This document shows positions 56,285 to 64,000 of a stretch of 64,000 bases of DNA, piece after piece. Position 1 is the first letter of the stretch; each line of letters begins with the position of its first letter. The notes under the pieces are model-generated. The model had not been told where the DNA came from. It did no database searches and saw only the letters and a list, made by a program, of their open reading frames with translations. The DNA is from the human T2T-CHM13v2.0 reference genome, Homo sapiens. Location: the NCBI RefSeq assembly GCF_009914755.1, contig NC_060925.1. One strand, 5' to 3'. Position numbers and translations under genes: made by a program.

Positions 56285-58780
56285 TAGATATTCTTGATAT
56301 TCTTTTCTCCTCTTTTATCTCTTTGGAAAATCATGGGAGATTCCAGGATACCCCACCAGTTTCTTCTGCTCAAAAGTTATAAATGGCTTCAGCAGGAATC
56401 TAGCCACTGGGCAATAGTTTCAGGGACCCAGTTCACTATGGAGTCAACTCTTGTTACGAAACTTGGTTCTCACCTCACCTCCAGGTCTGCTCTATGAGCT
56501 GGTGGCTTAGGACTGGGATTGTCTGTTTTCAGAGGGAAGGAGAGGTTGAAATGAGCTAAGAGATGTGTTTTACAACAAGAAACTATAAAATAACCTACTG
56601 CTTGCAGAAGCTGAAGGAGAGGGATGAGTGACATTGGTAAGGTCCCATGCCTGGTGAATAAGAGAGGAAATACCACAAAGAGAGAGCGTGTTTTGGAGAT
56701 CAGGAGGTTTTGTGATAGAGTTAGTTTGAGGTCACAGCAAAAATATTTGCCTCTTAGAAGACATTTGGCAGGATCAAACTGCAGGTCAGTGACTTTCTAG
56801 GCAAAGCAGAGGTGGCTTAAAGGAAGTATTTTAAATAACTCCCAGGTAATTCTTCTAATAACATTTAATTTATTCATTCATCCATCTAATCAATAGTCTA
56901 TGGTCAACTGCTAGACTCCCCAGGAAAAGAAACAATGGGTAAGACCTGATTCTGAGCTCATGCTCTGGTGACTTAATATCCGTGGACATAGAGCCAAGAT
57001 TGTCTAGAATTCTTACTGGTGTCAAAGGCTGTAAGCCTGATCTCTAACAGTGACTGACCATATTTTATCATAAAAAATATGGAAGGACATTTTGTCTGCT
57101 GAGACTGGCTTCCTGTGAACGAGGCACATATCAGCTTTGGAGTCTTCTCTCCAACCCTTGGCCACGCTGCTGTGCTTGTCCCTGGACTTGCAAGCACACC
57201 TTCATGCCCATGCTGCCCACACACACATACACACACATTCATAAAGGCACAGCCCATCCCATTCTCTTCCTTCATGGTTACTATCATCTTTGTCAAGGAG
57301 AATGAGGAACCTAGCATGACATTCCCTCAGGCATTATCAGGTGATCCAGTGTCCCAACAATCTCATTGGAAAATAGACTCATTTGGTATGCACATAAATT
57401 TCACAGAGGTCTTCAGAATATCCACTGAATTGTGAATTCCTAGAGGTCACAAAACACACACAGTGTTTGCCTCTATAAACCTAAGTGTTTGGATAGAAAA
57501 TCACTGAATACCTAGGAGCTGACAAAGCAGTATCTTCTTGATTAACTGCTATGTTTGGATATCAACATTTTTCACTCTTGACCTGAACACTCTCAAGGGT
57601 AGGGAACTACATCTGAGACTAGAAAAGAAAACTATTGGAGATGGGGCATCTCTTAGTATGACAGAAATGTAAAGACCATATACTCCTACCTTCTAGACCA
57701 AGGGTATATGAAAGAAGGGACTATCTTTTTCAAAAGCTGTATTCTAACTTATGCCATACAGTAGGTTTTCAGTAAATGTTGGATGGATGGATGAAATAAA
57801 TTGATTAATGGATGAATGTATCTAATCCAAAATTGTATCAGATTCCTTACTCTCCTGTCATTCACTAAGAAGATTAAATAAATCATTTGATTCCCATCAC
57901 CTTCTTGACAAGAAATAATTAGACTTCTCAAAATCCTGAATGTACACTGTACATTCCTAAGAGAGCCTTCGCTAGCCTACCTATATTTTTAAATAAAATT
58001 TTCAAAGACAGGGACTGAATATTGTCCATTTTTCTGTCTCACACACTGCCCTCGTTCTTTTAAAAAATGACATTGTTTAAGTGTCTTCCTTGTGCCTTAT
58101 CATGTGCAAAAGCCTCACTTGATGGAACCAACAATTCAGAGAGGAAGGTGCTAATAGGCCTGTTTTACAGTTGAGGATTTAGATTGTCTATATATAGTCT
58201 TTGAGGTCACTGGGCTCATAAACACAGAGCTCTTCTGATTCCAATTCAAAAAACTATTGGCTTATTTTAAAAACTGCCTTGTTACACAGTAGACATTTTA
58301 ATTTCTAAGTGAAGAAGTTTAGTCACAATGATCATCACCACCAAATCTGAGGAAACCATCTTGATTCACTTATTAATCCTCCTAGCAGGGTTCTGCAGGC
58401 CACACAGCAACATGGGGTCAGGAATGAGGGCTGAGCAGAAGGGGAGGAGTGTATCCTAGGAAGGAAATGGTCTCTGACTCAATGCCACAAAGAAACCTGC
58501 CTAGCTGTGGAAGCAGGGCTTGGAAAACTATACTTGGGGATGGGAAGAAGCTGGAATAGCATACTTCCACAGGAAAGCTATGGCAAGGATCTCTGGTGTT
58601 CTCAGAAGTCACTCTTTGAGCCTTTGTCCAGGCACAAGCTCCTTAAGAATCCCCTGGCAGCTCCACGGGGACCAGCCTGGGGGGGGCTGTGACTGGTTAA
58701 AGCTCCTTTAGACCCCCTTCCCAGAGGGAGGTCTTGGGAGCTCCCAGTGCTTCCTTGGATTGTAGGGACAAGGAGGCAGG

Positions 58781-58938
58781 GGAATGTGAGGAATGACCCA
58801 GCACGTGCCTGGTTGTGCAAGAGCCACTTCCCGCTCTTCCCAGAGCCAAGCCTGAGCCTATAAAAGACATATTCAGCTCCAGCACCTCATCTGCTCTGAC
58901 TTCCCCAGGACGTGTCTGTGCTCCTGTGTGTGACCAGG
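58781..58938 (+). promoter_or_regulatory. LCE2A: LCE2A promoter and non-coding exon 1
   Basis: GGAATGtgaGGAATG 58781; CACGTG; TATAAAA 58859; donor GT 58939; acceptor 59425. Confidence 0.88.
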
Positions 58939-59445
58939 GTGAGTGGCAACCTGGGAGCCAGAGGGCACAGGGGAATGGGAAGATTAAGGGAGGCTTCAGA
59001 GAGTTATTTCTTTGATTCTGTGCTATTATATGCAGAAAAGAGATACAGTCTGACTTGAGTTTCTGGAAATCTTGCCTTGGGCTGTGAGAAATGTGTATCT
59101 GACAGTTTCATCAAGGGCTTATTCTTATATTTCAAAAATGGATACTTTGTTGGGTATGAATACTTTATTCAAGCTCATGAAGATTAGAAAATACTGCCTA
59201 TCTTCTAAAAGAATAAGAAGCTTCTTATTATATCTGATTTTCAAGTATATATTTTCATTCAGCAGGATTTGTTTTCTTTCACTTGTTGATATATATGTGT
59301 GTATGTGTATATATATACACACACTGAGTATTATTCACCATCACCATATGATTTAGTTTTAAAAGAGATAAAATTGCCATCCTTGGTTTTTCACAGCTAA
59401 AGGGTTTGACTATTTCGAATTTCAGGTTGAAAAAGTCGCACTGAG

Positions 59446-59766
59446 ATGTCCTGCCAGCAAAACCAGCAGCAGTGCCAGCCCCCTCCCAAGTGCCCCCCAA
59501 AATGCCCACCCAAGTGTCCTCCAAAGTGCCGACCTCAGTGCCCAGCCCCATGCCCACCTCCAGTCTCTTCCTGCTGTGGTCCCAGCTCTGGGGGCTGCTG
59601 CGGCTCCAGCTCTGGGGGCTGCTGCAGCTCTGGGGGTGGCGGCTGCTGCCTGAGCCACCACAGGCCCCGTCTCTTCCACCGGCACCGGCACCAGAGCCCC
59701 GATTGTTGTGAGTGTGAACCTTCTGGGGGCTCTGGCTGCTGCCACAGCTCTGGGGACTGCTGCTGA
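59446..59766 (+). CDS. LCE2A: Late cornified envelope protein 2A (106 aa)
   Basis: [32 protein letters not shown]...[29 protein letters not shown]; AATAAA 59960. Confidence 0.96.
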   Translation: MSCQQNQQQCQPPPKCPPKCPPKCPPKCRPQCPAPCPPPVSSCCGPSSGGCCGSSSGGCCSSGGGGCCLSHHRPRLFHRHRHQSPDCCECEPSGGSGCCHSSGDCC

Positions 59767-61415
59767 CCAGACCTCGAACATCACAGAGCAACCCTTATGG
59801 AGAAACTTGCAACCAGGACCTGTCCCAGAGTGATGCTTCTCCTGCCCCTTTTTCTCCTTTCCTTGGGCTGACACACCTTGTGAGGTGTTTTGTCTGTTGT
59901 CATGGCCCAAGAGCCCATCCTGGATCCTGATCTTACCTTCCCACTTTACCTCATACAACAATAAAGCTCTTTTGCCTCTTCGTGAAGTACCCTGGCCATT
60001 GTCAATTCTTCTATTCTTTTCAAATCCCTTAAAGTCCAGTGCCCCAGCCGTACACTTTTAAGGATGCTTTGGTAGGAGTGGAGTGTGAGAAAGAGGTATG
60101 CTGGAAGCAGTCTCCAGAGGGTCAATCCTGAAAGAGCAGCCTCACAGTAGGGCTTCTCAATGGGACTGCCTGTGTGCACTTGGAGACTGTGAGATGTGGA
60201 CCCTCTCAGCCCAGGCAGGGGCCTGAAGGGACTGACAGCCCCAGGGCTGAGAACCGCTGGCCATGTGCTGCTTGCTCAGTTTAACTCACCATGCTGAATG
60301 TAACTTATTTTCATTTTCTCTTCATACCATGATGACAAAGCTAGAAAAATCTTTGGTACTCCAAGCAAAAAGGTATATTTAACAGAATTCTTTTCATCTG
60401 ATTTAAAATGCTTGGTATGAGAATCAGAACCCTTAGGGGCAAGTTTAAATGACAACTCATTGCCACTTAACTACTCTCCAGGGAGGAAGAGTCTGTCCAG
60501 TTCTTGCTTTCTTTCATGTTCCAGCCTCTCCACGAAACAACTGTTAAATAAATACGTAAGCAGTGTAAGGCTGAAGGAACACCTCAGTATGGGCCTGCTC
60601 AGTTCCTGTGACTCAATCCATGGCTAAGTGAAGCAGAGTATGGAACAGGGGTCCGGGCCATGTCCCACTTTTATTGCTACGCCTGCCTCACTGCAAAGGA
60701 TCAGGCCTGGAGGGTGTGAAGGAGAATTATGAGAAATACCACTCTCAAACAATATATATGAAACAAAACATAAACCAAAATAAACAAAAAAGAAAAACCA
60801 CTCTTATGTAGCTGTAAAATAAGCTGCATGTAGCCCAGCCTGGGTCTAGCCCTCCTTAGGTTCAGGTCTCCTCAGCTCAGCACTCATATTAAAAGAATTT
60901 TAGGACGGAGAAGCAGCTTGTCTGGATGACTGGGGCTCTGTGCCTTGGGGAGGAAGTGTGAAGAAGAGTGAGGGCACCACTAGGGGAATTAAAAATAGTT
61001 AGTCTATCAGCAGACTGTGAGGTGCTTGCGGTGAGATGATGAGCTCAGTTTAGAGCAAGGCCCTGCTGAAAATGGGCTAATAAAGCATCCTGTCCCTTCT
61101 TCTGCATGATACGGATGGGTACCAATTAACATCTCCACTTGTGTTCTTCCACTCTAGTCCCTCCCTATCATGCTTTAGGCTTCTTTCTTTGCTCCTTTTT
61201 GTAATTATTGCAACTCCTATAGGTAATTATATGTCATTGTTAGTTTAATTTGAAATCTCATAGTACTAATTCTGAGTCTATGTTCATATATGTATTGCCC
61301 ACACTTTTTCTTTTTTGTTTTTCTGCAAACTACATATTCATATACTCTGACTTATTTTTCACTATACTCCTTGTTTTTTTTTTTTTCTTCTGGTCTATCT
61401 TAAGTATTTTCCCTC

Positions 61416-61931
61416 TGCATTAGCCAGGGTTCTCCAAAGAAACAGAACCAATAGGAGATATCGGTCTCGACAGAAATATAGATATAGTTATAGATATAGG
61501 TAGAGATACAAATTTATGACAAGAAATTGGAAATGGATTTATGATTATGAAGGCTGAGAAATCTCAAGATCTGTAGTTGGAAAACTGGAAACCTAGAAGA
61601 GCTGATAGTTCTCATCTGAGTCTGAAGGCATGGAAACCAGGAGAGCTGATGGTGGAAATTGCAGTCTGAGCACATGAGAAGATCAATATCCCAGCACAGA
61701 GCCGTCAGGCAGAAGAAATTTCCTCTTACTCAGCCCTATTGTTCTATTCTGGTCATCAATTGATTGGATGAAGCCCACTCATATAGGGAAGAGTAATCTA
61801 CTTTAATCGGTCTACAAATTCAAATGTTAATTTCATCCAAAAACATCCTCACAGAAACAGCCCGAGTAATGTTTGACCAAATGTCTGGGCACCTTATGGC
61901 CCAGTCAAGTCTCCATAAAATTAGCCAGCAT
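61416..61931. mobile_element. MLT2A/B-type ERVL LTR
   Basis: tgcattagccagggttctccaaagaaacagaaccaatagga...tttgaccaaatgtctgggcaccttatggcccagtcaag...aaattagccagca. Confidence 0.85.
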
Positions 61932-62129
61932 ACTTCTCCCCTTCCTCCTTATATTTTAATGAGCCATATTGGCTTATAGTAACATTGTTTGCTATAAGAC
62001 ATTTTAAATTTTCTTTTATCTTGAAAGTTTTAGACTTCTCGGTTAAGAGATTTTTTTTCATGTTCTTAAATTATACATGTAGTCTTCAAGACTTTCTGCT
62101 AAGGTTTTATTTGCTTGCTGTTTTACTTC

Positions 62130-64000
62130 CTAACTTGTTAGTATATTCATTTTTATTGTGAGATACAACCTATATACAAAAGAAAAAATAAAATATATTT
62201 ATGTACTTTAAAAAGAAACACAAATAATACCAACCACAGTGAGGATAAGAAAGAGAAGACTGCTAGAACTCCAGAGGTGCCCCATGTTGCCCAATCACAA
62301 GACTCTTCTCCACCCCTGCCAAAGTAAGCATGTCACAATTTTTAATTTTCATTGTAGTTTTACCATCGATGTATGCTTCTCAGTTGAGTTTTTAAGCTTT
62401 ATAAACAAGGAGTCACATTTTTATGTAATTTTTTTCTCTTTGTTCAATGTCCAGTTGAGAAGGTAAACACTACTGTATGTTGATCTGTACTTTATTCATT
62501 TTCATTATTGAATAGTTTATTACATTTTACAATGATACCAAAACATATTTGTCTATTCTACTGATGATGATGATTTAGTTTGTGTCTAGTTTTTGATGAA
62601 TAATTCTAATTCTGTTACGAAAATTCTTGTATATGTCTTCTGGGACATATCTGGGAGGTTTTTATTTTTCCCCAGAAGTATGATTACTGGGTAGACATAT
62701 TTTCAACTATCTGGATAACAACAAAATATTTTCCAGAGGGACTGCATTAATATTTATCCTGACCAGTATTGTATGATAATTTCTATTGCTCTGCATCTTC
62801 ACCATTAGTGGTACTGGCACACCATTTTAATTTTGCTAATCGGATGAGTGTCAGTATCTATTATTATCTTTTTAATTTGCATTTTCTAAATTATTTGTGA
62901 AGTTGAGCACCTTTCATTGGCCATTTGAACCTCCCCTTTTGTTAGATTTATTTTCAAGCCCTTTGCTCACATTTCTATTATGTGTTTCTATTTTGTAAGG
63001 ATGGGTAGGCATTTTATTTCTGTATTTTGGGTACCAGATTTTATTTGTTATGTGTAATGCAAATATCTTTTGCCACTCAGTGATTACTTTAGTTATTTAA
63101 TGCCATTACATTTCCACTTGAGTTCATTTGTATAAAGTGTAGGGTTTAGCTCAAAATTTCTTTTTACCTGTTGATGTCCAATTGCTCCAACACCATTTGT
63201 TGAAAAAGATATTCTTCCATTTAATTTCTTTTGCACTTTTGTCAAAGATGAATTGAACATATTTGTGTAGGCCTATTTATGAGTTCTCTATTCCATTCCA
63301 TTGATCTCTATGTCTGTTCCTACACCAGTACCATATTATCTTGGTTACTGTAGACCTAATATTGGGTAGAATTATTCTTATTTAGCAAGGCCATTTGATC
63401 TACTTTAGGGCCTATGCCTTTTAATATAAATTTTTAAACAAGTTTAATTTGAAAAAAAAAACTTTGCTGAGATTTTGTTGGGAATTGTATTAAACCTTTA
63501 GCTCAATTTCGTGAAAACTGACATCTTTATTGTTGTCTTCCAATCCTTGAACACAGTGTATCTTTCCATTTATTTAGATCTTCTCTGATTTCTTTCTCAT
63601 TGTTTTGTGATTTTCAGTATACCAGTTCTGTCCATGTTTTGTTCAGTGTATACCTAAGCATTTAAAATTTTTTGGAAGGATTATAAATGGTATTAGACTT
63701 TTGGCATGTTCACTGTTAACCTGTAGAAATGTGCTTTGTTTACTTTTGTTGATCTTGTACTTTGCAACATTTTTTAACTCATTTATTAGTTCTAGAGTTT
63801 TTGGTTTTTCTTAGACTTCTTGAGATATGCCATCAGCAAATGGAGATAGTGAACACCTGACATTTTTGCCTTGTTTTCAATCTTGAGAGAAAGCATTGTT
63901 TTTCACATTTAAGTATGATGTTAGCTGTAGAATTTTTGTAGATAGTCTTTATTGATTGGAGCTAATTCCCCTCTATTTTTAACTTGCTAAGAGATTGTAC
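62130..64000 (-). mobile_element. Old L1M remnants (3'UTR and ORF2, antisense)
   Basis: T-rich L1 antisense text: ccaacaccatttgttgaaaa, ttctctattccattccattgatct, cttccaatccttgaacac, agtatgatgttagctgtag. Confidence 0.8.

Overview
Human (primate) genomic DNA from the epidermal differentiation complex (1q21.3), covering the LCE2 sub-cluster. Four intact two-exon late cornified envelope genes lie on the + strand: LCE2D (24652), LCE2C (36560), LCE2B (47388) and LCE2A (59446). Each has a TATA box, a short non-coding exon 1, a single coding exon and AATAAA. Upstream are a minus-strand LCE pseudogene (~4.8-5.9 kb), an orphan LCE-type promoter/exon 1 (~8.6 kb), and a frameshifted LCE gene with intact expression signals (~16-17.3 kb, LINC00302/LCEP3 region) that could encode a 43-aa peptide. 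LCE2D, C and B sit in three tandem ~11-kb duplicons. The main result of reading both strands is that these duplicons also hold five heavily decayed minus-strand LCE fossils of two types that the ORF track does not show. One of them (31.0-32.1 kb) still has a TATA-like box, exon 1, donor and poly(A) signal. Other observations: a ~135-bp copy of LCE promoter sequence pasted into an old L1, carrying an AP-1 site; a conserved tandem TEAD-type motif in the promoters; a strong CTCF motif in an LTR; patchwork gene conversion; and two L1s with 5' inversions. The rest is ordinary interspersed repeats (Tigger1, MER47, Alu, MIR, L2, MLT, L1). Repeat subfamily names and pseudogene symbols are from recall, not from a database search.
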